Source: Auanema rhodensis
Lineage: Eukaryota > Animalia > Nematoda
Direction: 5' to 3'
Length of the DNA: 64,000 nt
Assembly (NCBI GenBank): GCA_964057225.1
Contig: OZ059896.1
Coordinates: 13,144,001-13,208,000 of the forward strand
The translations under genes and the position numbers were made by a program. Position 1 is the stretch's first letter; every line of letters starts with the position of its first letter. The notes below the pieces were generated by a model, which had not been told where the DNA came from, ran no database searches, and saw nothing but the letters and a program-made list of their open reading frames with translations. Shown in pieces: positions 1 through 14,347 of the stretch.

Positions 1-3000
1 ATAAAGAGATGCGGTTCTCAAAATTAGATTACCCATGTCCATATTAGTCTGAAAACAAATTTTTATTGATATTGGTGCATGGTAATCATGACTTTGAAAT
101 TTACGTGAACTTTAATTTATGCTAATTAATTGTACACGTGATGTGCACATGGTATGTAACTCGCTTCCCGTTAAAGATAAAGAGATGCGGTTTTCAAAAT
201 TAGATTACCCATGTCCATATTAGTCAAAGAACAAATTTTAATCGATATTGGTTCATGGTAACCATGACTTTGAAATTTACGTGAACTTTAATTTATGCTA
301 ATTAATTTTACACGTGATGTGCACATGGTATGTAACTCGCTTCCCGTGAAAGATAAAGAAATGCGGTTCTCAAAATTAGATTCCTCATGTCCATATTAGT
401 CTAAGAACAAATTTTTATTGATATTGGTTCATGGTAACCATGACTTTGAAATTTAAGTGAACTTTAATTTATGCCAATTAATTGTACACGTAATGTGCAC
501 ATGGTATGTAACTCGCTTCCCGTGAAAGATAAAGAAATGCGGTTCTCAAAATTAGATTCCTCATGTCCATATTAGTCTAAGAACAAATTTTAATCGATAT
601 TGGTTCATGGTAACCATGACTTTGAAATTTACGTGAACTTTAATTTATGCTAATTAATTGTACACGTGATGTGCACATGGTATGTAACTCGCTTCCCGTG
701 AAAGATAAAGAGATGCGGTTCTCAAAATTAGATTACCCATGTCCATATTAGTCTGAAAACAAATTTTTATTGATATTGGTGCATGGTAATCATGACTTTG
801 AAATTTACGTGAACTTTAATTTATGCTAATTAAATGTACACGTAATGTGCACATGGTATGTAACTCGCTTCCCGTGAAAGATAAAGAAATGCGGTTCTCA
901 AAATTAGATTCCTCATGTCCATATTAGTCTAATAACAAATTTTAATCGATATTGGTTCATGGTAACCATGAGTTTGAAATTTACGTGAACTTTAATTTAT
1001 GCTAATTAATTGTACACGTGATGTGCACATGGTATGTAACTCGCTTCCCGTTAAAGATAAAGAGATGCGGTTTTCAAAATTAGATTACCCATGTCCATAT
1101 TAGTCAAAGAACAAATTTTTATTGATATTGGTTCATGGTAACCATGACTTTGAAATTTACGTGACCTTTAATTTATGCTAATTAATTGTACACGTGATGT
1201 GCACATGGTATGTAACTCGCTTCCCGTGAAAGATAAAGAAATGCGGTTCTCAAAATTAGATTCCTCATGTCCATATTAGTCTAAGAACAAATTTTAATCG
1301 ATATTGGTTCATGGTAACCATGACTTTGAAATTTACGTGAACTTTAATTTATGCTAATTAATTGTACACGTGATGTGCACATGGTATGTAACTCGCTTCC
1401 CGTGAAAGATAAAGAGATGCGGTTCTCAAAATTAGATTACCCATGTCCATATTAGTCTGAAAACAAATTTTTATTGATATTGGTGCATGGTAATCATGAC
1501 TTTGAAATTTACGTGAACTTTAATTTATGCTAATTAAATGTACACGTAATGTGCACATGGTATGTAACTCGCTTCCCGTGAAAGATAAAGAAATGCGGTT
1601 CTCAAAATTAGATTCCTCATGTCTATATTAGTCTAAGAACAAATTTTAATCGATATTGGTTCATGGTAACCATGAGTTTGAAATTTACGTGAACTTTAAT
1701 TTATGCTAATTAATTGTACACGTGATGTGCACATGGTATGTAACTCGCTTCCCGTTAAAGATAAAGAAATGCGGTTCTCAAAATTAGATTCCTCATGTCC
1801 ATATTAGTCTAAGAACAAATTTTAATCGATATTGGTTCATGGTAACCATGAGTTTGAAATTTACGTGAACTTTAATTTATGCTAATTAATTGTACACGTG
1901 ATGTGCACATGGTATGTAACTCGCTTCCCGTTAAAGATAAAGAGATGCGGTTTTCAAAATTTGATTACCCATGTCCATATTAGTCAAAGAACAAATTTTT
2001 ATTGATATTGGTTCATGGTAACCATGACTTTGAAATTTACGTGACCTTTAATTTATGCTAATTAATTGTACACGTGATGTGCACATGGTATGTAACTCGC
2101 TTCCCGTGAAAGATAAAGAGATGCGGTTCTCAAAATTAGATTCCTCATGTCCATATTAGTCTAAGAACAAATTTTAATCGATATTGGTTCATGGTAACCA
2201 TGACTTTGAAATTTACGTGAACTTTAATTTATGCTAATTAATTGTACACGTGATGTGCACATGGTATGTAACTCGCTTCCCGTGAAAGATAAAGAGATGC
2301 GGTTTTCAAAATTAGATTCCTCATGTCCATATTAGTCTAAGAACAAATTTTAATCGATATTGGTTCATGGTAACCATGACTTTGAAATTTACGTGAACTT
2401 TAATTTATGCTAATTAATTGTACACGTGATGTGCACATGGTATGTAACTCGCTTCCCGTTAAAGATAAAGAGATGCGGTTTTCAAAATTTGATTACCCAT
2501 GTCCATTTTAGTCAAAGAACAAATTTTTATTGATATTGGTTTATGGTAACCATGAGTTTGAAATTTACGTGACCTTTAATTTATGCTAATTAATTGTACA
2601 CGTGATGTGCACATGGTATGTAACTCGCTTCCCGTGAAAGATAAAGAGATGCGGTTCTCAAAATTAGATTCCTCATGTCCATATTAGTCTAAGAACAAAT
2701 TTTAATCGATATTGGTTCATGGTAACCATGACTTTGAAATTTACGTGAACTTTAATTTATGCTAATTAATTGTACACGTGATGTGCACATGGTATGTAAC
2801 TCGCTTCCCGTTAAAGATAAAGAGATGCGGTTTTCAAAATTAGATTCTTCATGTCCATATTAGTCTAAGAACAAATTTTAATCGATATTGGTTCATGGTA
2901 ACCATGACTTTGAAATTCACGTGAACTTTAATTTATGCTAATTAATTGTACACGTGATGTGTACAAGGTATGTAACTCGCTTCCCGTGAAAGATAAAGAA

Positions 3001-3566
3001 ATGCGGTTCTCAAAATTAGATTCCTCATGTCCATATTAGTCTAAGAACAAATTTTAATCGATATTGGTTAATGGTAACCATGACTTTGAAATTTACGTGA
3101 ACTTTAATTTATGCTAATTAATTTTACACGTGATGTGCACATGGTATGTAACTCGCTTCCCGTTAAAGATAAAGAGATGCGGTTTTCAAAATTAGATTAC
3201 CCATGTCCATATTAGTCAAACAACAAATTTTTATTGATATTGGTTCATGGTAACCATGACTTTGAAATTTACGTGAACTTTAATTTATGCTAATTAATTG
3301 TACACGTGATGTGCACATGGTATGTAACTCGCTTCCCGTTAAAGATAAAGAGATGCGATTTTCAAAGTTAGATTCCTCATGTCTATATTAGTCTAATAAC
3401 AAATTTTTATTGATACATGGTAACCATGACTTTGAAATTTACGTGAACTTTAATTTATGCTAATTAATTGTACACGTGATGTGCACATGGTATGTAACTC
3501 GCTTCCCGTTAAAGATAAAGAGATGCGGTTCTCAAAATTAGATTCCTCATGTCCATATTAGTCTAA
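1..3566 (+). repeat. 176-bp satellite array, forward block (~20 monomers, runs off the window start)
   Basis: ATAAAGAGATGCGG recurs at 1, 177, 353 and onward (period 176). Monomers differ by a few substitutions; one has a 6-bp deletion near 3415. Confidence 0.98.
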
Positions 3567-6500
3567 TCTCTTTATCTTTAACGGGAAGCGAGTCACATAC
3601 CATGTGCACATCACGTGTACAATTAATTAGCATAAATTAAAGGTCACGTAAATTTCAAAGTCATGGTTACCATGAACCAATATCAATAAAAATTTGTTCT
3701 TTGACTAATATGGACATGGGTAATCAAATTTTGAAAACCGCATCTCTTTATCTTTAACGGGAAGCGAGTTACATACCATGTGCACATCACGTGTACAATT
3801 GATTAGCATAAATTAAAGTTCACGTAAATTTCAAACTCATGGTTACCATGAACCAATATCGATTAAAATTTGTTCTTAGACTAATATGGACATGAGGAAT
3901 CTAATTTTGAGAACCGCATTTCTTTATCTTTCACGGGAAGCGAGTTACATACCATGTGCACATTACGTGTACATTTAATTAGCATAAATTAAAGTTCACG
4001 TAAATTTCAAAGTCATGGTTACCATGAACCAATATCGATTAAAATTTGTTCTTAGACTAATATGGACATGAGGAATCTAATTTTGAGAACCGCATTTCTT
4101 TATCTTTCACGGGAAGCGAGTTACATACCATGTGCACATCACGTGTACAATTAATTAGCATAAATTAAAGTTCACGTAAATTTCAAAGTCATGGTTACCA
4201 TGAACCAATATCAATAAAAATTTGTTCTTTGACTAATATGGACATGGGTAATCAAATTTTGAAAACCGCATCTCTTTATCTTTAACGGGAAGCGAGATAC
4301 ATACCATGTGCACATCACGTGTACAATTAATTAGCATAAATTAAAGTTCACGTAAATTTCAAACTCATGGTTACCATGAACCAATATCGATTAAAATTTG
4401 TTCTTAGACTAATATGGACATGAGGAATCTAATTTTGAGAACCGCATTTCTTTATCTTTCACGGGAAGCGAGTTACATACCATGTGCACATTACGTGTAC
4501 ATTTAATTAGCATAAATTAAAGTTCACGTAAATTTCAAAGTCATGGTTACCATGAACCAATATCGATTAAAATTTGTTCTTAGACTAATATGGACATGAG
4601 GAATCTAATTTTGAGAACCGCATTTCTTTATCTTTCACGGGAAGCGAGTTACATACCATGTGCACATCACGTGTACAATTAATTAGCATAAATTAAAGTT
4701 CACGTAAATTTCAAAGTCATGGTTACCATGAACCAATATCAATAAAAATTTGTTCTTTGACTAATATGGACATGGGTAATCTAATTTTGAAAACCGCATC
4801 TCTTTATCTTTAACGGGAAGCGAGTTACATACCATGTGCACATCACGTGTACAATTAATTAGCATAAATTAAAGTTCACGTAAATTTCAAAGTCATGGTT
4901 ACCATGAACCAATATCGATTAAAATTTGTTCTTAGACTAATATGGACATGAGGAATCTAATTTTGAAAACCGCATCTCTTTATCTTTAACGGGAAGCGAG
5001 TTACATACCATGTGCACATTACGTGTACATTTAATTAGCATAAATTAAAGTTCACTTAAATTTCAAAGTCATGGTTACCATGAACCAATATCGATTAAAA
5101 TTTGTTCTTAGACTAATATGGACATGAGGAATCTAATTTTGAGAACCGCATTTCTTTATCTTTCACGGGAAGCGAGTTACATACCATGTGCACATCACGT
5201 GTACAATTAATTAGCATAAATTAAAGTTCACGTAAATTTCAAAGTCATGGTTACCATGAACCAATATCAATAAAAATTTGTTCTTTGACTAATATGGACA
5301 TGGGTAATCTAATTTTGAAAACCGCATCTCTTTATCTTTAACGGGAAGCGAGTTACATACCATGTGCACATCACGTGTACAATTAATTAGCATAAATTAA
5401 AGTTCACGTAAATTTCAAAGTCATGATTACCATGCACCAATATCAATAAAAATTTGTTTTCAGACTAATATGGACATGGGTAATCTAATTTTGAGAACCG
5501 CATCTCTTTATCTTTCACGGGAAGCGAGTTACATACCATGTGCACATCACGTGTACAATTAATTAGCATAAATTAAAGTTCACGTAAATTTCAAAGTCAT
5601 GGTTACCATGAACCAATATCAATAAAAATTTGTTCTTTGACTAATATGGACATGGGTAATCTAATTTTGAAAACCGCATCTCTTTATCTTTAACGGGAAG
5701 CGAGTTACATACCATGTGCACATCACGTGTACAATTAATTAGCATAAATTAAAGTTCACGTAAATTTCAAAGTCATGGTTACCATGAACCAATATCAATA
5801 AAAATTTGTTCTTTGACTAATATGGACATGGGTAATCTAATTTTGAAAACCGCATCTCTTTATCTTTAACGGGAAGCGAGTTACATACCATGTGCACATC
5901 ACGTGTACAATTAATTTGCATAAATTATAGTTCACGTAAATTTCAAAGTCATGGTTACCATGAACCAATATCGATTAAAATTTGTTCTTAGACTAATATG
6001 GACATGAGGAATCTAATTTTGAAAACCGCATCTCTTTATCTTTAACGGGAAGCGAGTTATATACCATGTGCACATCACGTGTACAATTAATTAGCATGAA
6101 TTAAAGTTCACGTAAATTTCAAAGTCATGATTACCATGCACCAATATCAATAAAAATTTGTTTTCAGACTAATATGGACATGGGTAATCTAATTTTGAGA
6201 ACCGCATCTCTTTATCTTTCACGGGAAGCGAGTTACATACCATGTGCACATCACGTGTACAATTAATTAGCATAAATTAAAGTTCACGTAAATTTCAAAG
6301 TCATGGTTACCATGAACCAATATCGATTAAAATTTGTTCTTAGACTAATATGGACATGAGGAATCTAATTTTGAGAACCGCATTTCTTTATCTTTCACGG
6401 GAAGCGAGTTACATACCATGTGCACATTACGTGTACATTTAATTAGCATAAATTAAAGTTCACTTAAATTTCAAAGTCATGGTTACCATGAACCAATATC

Positions 6501-9500
6501 GATTAAAATTTGTTCTTAGACTAATATGGACATGGGTAATCTAATTTTGAGAACCGCATCTCTTTATCTTTAACGGGAAGCGAGTTACATACCATGTGCA
6601 CATCACGTGTACAATTAATTAGCATAAATTAAAGTTCACGTAAATTTCAAAGTCATGGTTACCATGAACCAATATCAATAAAAATTTGTTCTTTGACTAA
6701 TATGGACATGGGTAATCTAATTTTGAAAACCGCATCTCTTTATCTTTAACGGGAAGCGAGTTACATACCATGTGCACATCACGTGTACAATTAATTAGCA
6801 TAAATTATAGTTCACGTAAATTTCAAAGTCATGGTTACCATGAACCAATATCGATTAAAATTTGTTCTTAGACTAATATGGACATGAGGAATCTAATTTT
6901 GAAAACCGCATCTCTTTATCTTTAACGGGAAGCGAGTTATATACCATGTGCACATCACGTGTACAATTAATTAGCATGAATTAAAGTTCACGTAAATTTC
7001 AAAGTCATGATTACCATGCACCAATATCAATAAAAATTTGTTTTCAGACTAATATGGACATGGGTAATCTAATTTTGAGAACCGCATCTCTTTATCTTTC
7101 ACGGGAAGCGAGTTACATACCATGTGCACATCACGTGTACAATTAATTAGCATAAATTAAAGTTCACGTAAATTTCAAAGTCATGGTTACCATGAACCAA
7201 TATCGATTAAAATTTGTTCTTAGACTAATATGGACATGAGGAATCTAATTTTGAGAACCGCATTTCTTTATCTTTCACGGGAAGCGAGTTACATACCATG
7301 TGCACATTACGTGTACATTTAATTAGCATAAATTAAAGTTCACGTAAATTTCAAAGTCATGGTTACCATGAACCAATATCGATTAAAATTTGTTCTTAGA
7401 CTAATATGGACATGAGGAATCTAATTTTGAGAACCGCATTTCTTTATCTTTCACGGGAAGCGAGTTACATACCATGTGCACATCACGTGTACAATTAATT
7501 AGCATAAATTAAAGTTCACGTAAATTTCAAAGTCATGGTTACCATGAACCAATATCAATAAAAATTTGTTCTTTGACTAATATGGACATGGGTAATCTAA
7601 TTTTGAAAACCGCATCTCTTTATCTTTAACGGGAAGCGAGTTACATACCATGTGCACATCACGTGTACAATTAATTAGCATAAATTAAAGTTCACGTAAA
7701 TTTCAAAGTCATGATTACCATGCACCAATATCAATAAAAATTTGTTTTCAGACTAATATGGACATGGGTAATCTAATTTTGAGAACCGCATCTCTTTATC
7801 TTTCACGGGAAGCGAGTTACATACCATGTGCACATCACGTGTACAATTAATTAGCATAAATTAAAGTTCACGTAAATTTCAAAGTCATGGTTACCATGAA
7901 CCAATATCGATTAAAATTTGTTCTTAGACTAATATGGACATGAGGAATCTAATTTTGAAAACCGCATCTCTTTATCTTTAACGGGAAGCGAGTTATATAC
8001 CATGTGCACATCACGTGTACAATTAATTAGCATGAAATAAAGTTCACGTAAATTTCAAAGTCATGATTACCATGCACCAATATCAATAAAAATTTGTTTT
8101 CAGACTAATATGGACATGGGTAATCTAATTTTGAGAACCGCATCTCTTTATCTTTCACGGGAAGCGAGTTACATACCATGTGCACATTACGTGTACATTT
8201 AATTAGCATAAATTAAAGTTCACTTAAATTTCAAAGTCATGGTTACCATGAACCAATATCGATTAAAATTTGTTCTTAGACTAATATGGACATGAGGAAT
8301 CTAATTTTGAGAACCGCATTTCTTTTTCTTTCACGGGAAGCGAGTTACATACCATGTGCACATCACGTGTACAATTAATTAGCATAAATTAAAGGTCACG
8401 TAAATTTCAAAGTCATGGTTACCATGAACCAATATCAATAAAAATTTGTTCTTTGACTAATATGGACATGGGTAATCTAATTTTGAAAACCGCATCTCTT
8501 TATCTTTAACGGGAAGCGAGTTACATACCATGTGCACATCACGTGTACAATTAATTAGCATAAATTAAAGTTCACGTAAATTTCAAAGTCATGGTTACCA
8601 TGAACCAATATCGATTAAAATTTGTTCTTAGACTAATATGGACATGAGGAATCTAATTTTGAGAACCGCATTTCTTTATCTTTCACGGGAAGCGAGTTAC
8701 ATACCATGTGCACATCACGTGTACAATTAATTAGCATAAATTAAAGTTCACGTAAATTTCAAAGTCATGGTTACCATGAACCAATATCAATAAAAATTTG
8801 TTCTTTGACTAATATGGACATGGGTAATCTAATTTTGAAAACCGCATCTCTTTATCTTTAACGGGAAGCGAGTTACATACCATGTGCACATCACGTGTAC
8901 AATTAATTAGCATAAATTAAAGTTCACGTAAATTTCAAAGTCATGGTTACCATGAACCAATATCGATTAAAATTTGTTCTTAGACTAATATGGACATGAG
9001 GAATCTAATTTTGAAAACCGCATCTCTTTATCTTTAACGGGAAGCGAGTTATATACCATGTGCACATCACGTGTACAATTAATTAGCATGAATTAAAGTT
9101 CACGTAAATTTCAAAGTCATGATTACCATGCACCAATATCAATAAAAATTTGTTTTCAGACTAATATGGACATGGGTAATCTAATTTTGAGAACCGCATC
9201 TCTTTATCTTTCACGGGAAGCGAGTTACATACCATGTGCACATCACGTGTACAATTAATTAGCATAAATTAAAGTTCACGTAAATTTCAAAGTCATGGTT
9301 ACCATGAACCAATATCGATTAAAATTTGTTCTTAGACTAATATGGACATGAGGAATCTAATTTTGAGAACCGCATTTCTTTATCTTTCACGGGAAGCGAG
9401 TTACATACCATGTGCACATTACGTGTACATTTAATTAGCATAAATTAAAGTTCACTTAAATTTCAAAGTCATGGTTACCATGAACCAATATCGATTAAAA

Positions 9501-11926
9501 TTTGTTCTTAGACTAATATGGACATGAGGAATCTAATTTTGAGAACCGCATTTCTTTATCTTTTACGGGAAGCGAGTTACATACCATGTGCACATCACGT
9601 GTACAATTAATTAGCATAAATTAAAGTTCACGTAAATTTCAAAGTCATGGTTACCATGAACCAATATCAATAAAAATTTGTTCTTTGACTAATATGGACA
9701 TGGGTAATCTAATTTTGAAAACCGCATCTCTTTATCTTTAACGGGAAGCGAGTTACATACCATGTGCACATCACGTGTACAATTAATTAGCATAAATTAA
9801 AGTTCACGTAAATTTCAAAGTCATGATTACCATGCACCAATATCAATAAAAATTTGTTTTCAGACTAATATGGACATGGGTAATCTAATTTTGAGAACCG
9901 CATCTCTTTATCTTTCACGGGAAGCGAGTTACATACCATGTGCACATCACGTGTACAATTAATTAGCATAAATTAAAGTTCACGTAAATTTCAAAGTCAT
10001 GGTTACCATGAACCAATATCAATAAAAATTTGTTCTTTGACTAATATGGACATGGGTAATCTAATTTTGAAAACCGCATCTCTTTATCTTTAACGGGAAG
10101 CGAGTTACATACCATGTGCACATCACGTGTACAATTAATTAGCATAAATTAAAGTTCACGTAAATTTCAAAGTCATGGTTACCATGAACCAATATCAATA
10201 AAAATTTGTTCTTTGACTAATATGGACATGGCTAATCTAATTTTGAAAACCGCATCTCTTTATCTTTAACGGGAAGCGAGTTACATACCATGTGCACATC
10301 ACGTGTACAATTAATTAGCATAAATTAAAGTTCACGTAAATTTCAAAGTCATGGTTACCATGAACCAATATCGATTAAAATTTGTTCTTAGACTAATATG
10401 GACATGAGGAATCTAATTTTGAAAACCGCATCTCTTTATCTTTAACGGGAAGCGAGTTATATACCATGTGCATGTGCGAACCAATATCGATTAAAATTTG
10501 TTCTTAGACTAATATGGACATGAGGAATCTAATTTTGAGAACCGCATTTCTTTATCTTTCACGGGAAGCGAGTTACATACCATGTGCACATTACGTGTAC
10601 ATTTAATTAGCATAAATTAAAGTTCACGTAAATTTCAAAGTCATGGTTACCATGAACCAATATCAATAAAAATTTGTTCTTTGACTAATATGGACATGGG
10701 TAATCTAATTTTGAAAACCGCATCTCTTTATCTTTAACGGGAAGCGAGTTACATACCATGTGCACATCACGTGTACAATTAATTAGCATAAATTAAAGTT
10801 CACGTAAATTTCAAAGTCATGGTTACCATGAACCAATATCAATAAAAATTTGTTCTTTGACTAATATGGACATGGGTAATCTAATTTTGAAAACCGCATC
10901 TCTTTATCTTTAACGGGAAGCGAGTTACATACCATGTGCACATCACGTGTACAATTAATTAGCATAAATTAAAGTTCACGTAAATTTCAAAGTCATGATT
11001 ACCATGCACCAAGATCAATAAAAATTTGTTTTCAGACTAATATGGACATGGGTAATCTAATTTTGAGAACCGCATCTCTTTATCTTTCACGGGAAGCGAG
11101 TTACATACCATGTGCACATCACGTGTACAATTAATTAGCATAAATTAAAGTTCACGTAAATTTCAAAGTCATGGTTACCATGAACCAATATCGATTAAAA
11201 TTTGTTCTTAGACTAATATGGACATGAGGAATCTAATTTTGAAAACCGCATCTCTTTATCTTTAACGGGAAGCGAGTTATATACCATGTGCACATCACGT
11301 GTACAATTAATTAGCATAAATTAAAGTTCACGTTAATTTCAAAGTCATGGTTACCATGAACCAATATCGATTAAAATTTGTTCTTAGACTAATATGGACA
11401 TGAGGAATCTAATTTTGAAAACCGCATCTCTTTATCTTTAACGGGAAGCGAGTTATATACCATGTGCACATCACGTGTACAATTAATTAGCATGAATTAA
11501 AGTTCACGTAAATTTCAAAGTCATGGTTACCATGCACCAATATCAATAAAAATTTGTTATTAGACTAAAATGGACATGAGGAATCTAATTTTGAGAACCG
11601 CATTTCTTTATCTTTCACGGGAAGCGAGTTACATACCATGTGCACATCACGTGTACAATTAATTAGCATAAATTAAAGTTCACGTAAATTTCAAAGTCAT
11701 GGTTACCATGAACCAATATCAATAAAAATTTGTTCTTAGACTAATATGGACAAGGGTAATCTAATTTTGAAAACCGCATCTCTTTATCTTCAACGGGAAG
11801 CGAGTTACATACCATGTGCACATCACGTGTACAATTAATTAGCATGAATTAAAGTTCACGTAAATTTCAAAGTCATGGTTACCATGAACCAATATCAATA
11901 AAAATTTGTTTTCAGACTAATATGGA
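3566..11926 (-). repeat. 176-bp satellite array, reverse-orientation block (~47 monomers)
   Basis: Reverse complement of the same monomer, starting at ...GTCTAA|TCTCTTTATC (3566) and ending at ...AATATGGA (11926). One 65-bp deletion near 10472. Confidence 0.98.
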
Positions 11927-11966
11927 AGTAGAGAGCCGTGCAAAATTTACTAACCACGCCCCCAAA

Positions 11967-12080
11967 CAGTTGCTAAAAACATACTTTTGGGGGCGTCAGC
12001 TGCTAAAAACATACTTTTGGGGCGCGTCAGCTGTCAAAAACATATTTTTGAGCGTCAGCTGTTAAAATCATATTTTGGGA
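11967..12080 (+). repeat. Four ~30-bp subterminal direct repeats (CAGCTGYYAAAAACATAYTTTTGGG..) in the left arm; mirrored at about 14195-14310
   Basis: Units start at 11967, 11997, 12028 and 12056. ACGCCCCCAAA (11956-11966) can pair with TTTGGGGGCGT (11986-11996). Confidence 0.9.
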
Positions 12081-12424
12081 TCATGGTTCATGGATTTTCC
12101 TTTTTTAAATTTAAAAATCATGATTTAAAGCATGATTTTTTTTTTTTTTTTTAAATCAAATTTTAAATTTGTTTATTCAAATGTATGTATTTAGTTTTAA
12201 TTATTTTTAAATATATTAAGTAAAAATAAAAATTATAAATTTTAAATATTTAAATATGTAAATTTGTTTTTTAAATTTCATTTATTTATTAAATTTATTA
12301 ATAATGTTTGTTTACTTATTTTGTTTATTTTTTATTGTATTGTGTTTGTACTATTTTTTTGTATTTTAAAGAACAGTAAAATTTTTGCATGTATATCGTT
12401 TTGTTCACCGTACCTGTTACGGGT

Positions 12425-12582
12425 AATTCAATGGAACACATATCGAAGGTTAATTCGATAAGAACGATATGAAATACAAAATTCAATGGAACACATTTCG
12501 AAGGTTAATTCGATAAGAACGATATAAAATACCAAAATTTAATGGAACACATATCGAAAGTTAATTCGATAAGAACGACATT
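12425..12582 (+). repeat. Three ~55-bp direct repeats (AATTCAATGGAACACATATCGAAGGTTAATTCGATAAGAACGATAT..) in the left arm; mirrored at about 13680-13840
   Basis: Units start at 12425, 12480 and 12536. Confidence 0.9.
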
Positions 12583-14347
12583 AAATTATTAATTTTTGAA
12601 ATTACAAATTGTTATTAATTATATTTATTGTAACAAGTAAAGGTTTCAAATTATAATAAAAGATTAGTTTTAAACTTTATTTTACTAATATAACAATACA
12701 ATAACTCTATAGAGCACACAATGAAGGTAAATACAATAAGATTAACAAACAGTTGCGCTGACCTCAATGAAACGCATAAAGTTAATTTAATAAGAAGGAA
12801 TAACAAAAATTAATCCGACGGGGACAATAAAAACAGATGTATTCAATAAGCTTATTTATTTTAAAGTTTATCGCAACTGCTAGTTTTGACAGCTGTACCT
12901 AAATCCATGTTACATAACAAATTACAATGCCAACAGCAATGTGTAGACTGATGTATTCATTATATCAAGGTACAATGGCTGCTAATAGGTTGTGTCTTTT
13001 TGATTATTTGTTGTAAACTTTTTCTTTTTTTAGTTATAAACGTTTATGTGAAGAGCTAGGATTTGATTTTTTTTTTTTTGAATCTTTATATATATAAATA
13101 TTTCAAACATTTTGAACTAGTAAAATAATAAAACACCATCTTGACCTTTTCATTTATTTTTAAACATTAACAAATGTTTATAAAAGTTTTTTCAAAGTTG
13201 AAAAAAAAAAATCTTTAAAAAATCTTATAACTAAAAAAAGAAAAAGTTTACAAACAAATAATCAAAAAGACACAACCTATTAGCAGCCATTGTACCTTGA
13301 TATAATGAATACATCAGTCTACACATTGCTGTTGGCATTGTAATTTGTTATGTAACATGGATTTAGGTACAGCTGTCAAAACTAGCAGTTGCGATAAACT
13401 TTAAAATAAATAAGCTTATTGAATACATCTGTTTTTATTGTCCCCGTCGGATTAATTTTTGTTATTCCTTCTTATTAAATTAACTTTATGCGTTTCATTG
13501 AGGTCAGCGCAACTGTTTGTTAATCTTATTGTATTTACCTTCATTGTGTGCTCTATAGAGTTATTGTATTGTTATATTAGTAAAATAAAGTTTAAAACTA
13601 ATCTTTTATTATAATTTGAAACCTTTACTTGTTACAATAAATATAATTAATAACAATTCGCAATTTCAAAAATTAATAATTTAATGTCGTTCTGATCGAA
13701 TTAACTTTCGATATGTGTTCCATTAAATTTTGGTATTTTATATCGTTCTTATCGAATTAACCTTCGATATGTGTTCCATTGAATTTTGTATTTCATATCG
13801 TTCTTATCGAATTAACCTTCGATATGTGTTCCATTGAATTACCCGTAACAAGTACGGTGAACAAAACGATATACATGCAAAAATTTTACTGTTCTTTAAA
13901 ATACAAAAAAATAGTACAAACACAATACAATAAAAAATAAACAAAATAAGTAAACAAACATTATTAATAAATTTAATAAATAAATGAAATTTAAAAAACA
14001 AATTTACATATTTAAATATTTAAATATTTAAAATTTATAATTTTTATTTTTACTTAATATATTTAAAAATAATTAAAACTATATACATACATTTGAATAA
14101 ACAAATTTAAAATTTGATTTAAAAAAAAAAAAAAAAAATCATGCTTTAAATCATGATTTTTAAATTTAAAAAAGGAAAATCCATGAACCATGATCCCAAA
14201 ATATGATTTTAACAGCTGACGCTCAAAAATATGTTTTTGACAGCTGACGCGCCCCAAAAGTATGTTTTTAGCAGCTGACGCCCCCAAAAGTATGTTTTTA
14301 GCAACTGTTTGGGGGCGTGGTTAGTAAATTTTGCACGGCTCTCTACT

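Larger units (their letters stand above)
11927..14347. repeat. Large near-perfect inverted repeat (arms 11927-13039 and 13225-14347, 185-bp AT-rich spacer); possible non-autonomous foldback/Maverick-like element
   Basis: Left arm starts AGTAGAGAGCCGTGCAAAATTT and right arm ends AAATTTTGCACGGCTCTCTACT. The same 65-aa ORF is called on both strands (12264+ and 13804-). Only about 8-10 differences between arms. Confidence 0.95.

Noticed and set aside
1-11926. CRISPR-like array or coding repeat
   Set aside because: The whole 176-bp unit repeats with no unique spacers and no long ORFs, and the context is eukaryotic.
12264-14287. ORFs at 12264+, 13804- and 14063- as genes or transposase
   Set aside because: Low-complexity F/I/L/K translations of AT-rich palindrome arms with non-ATG starts. 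The duplication simply reflects the inverted repeat.
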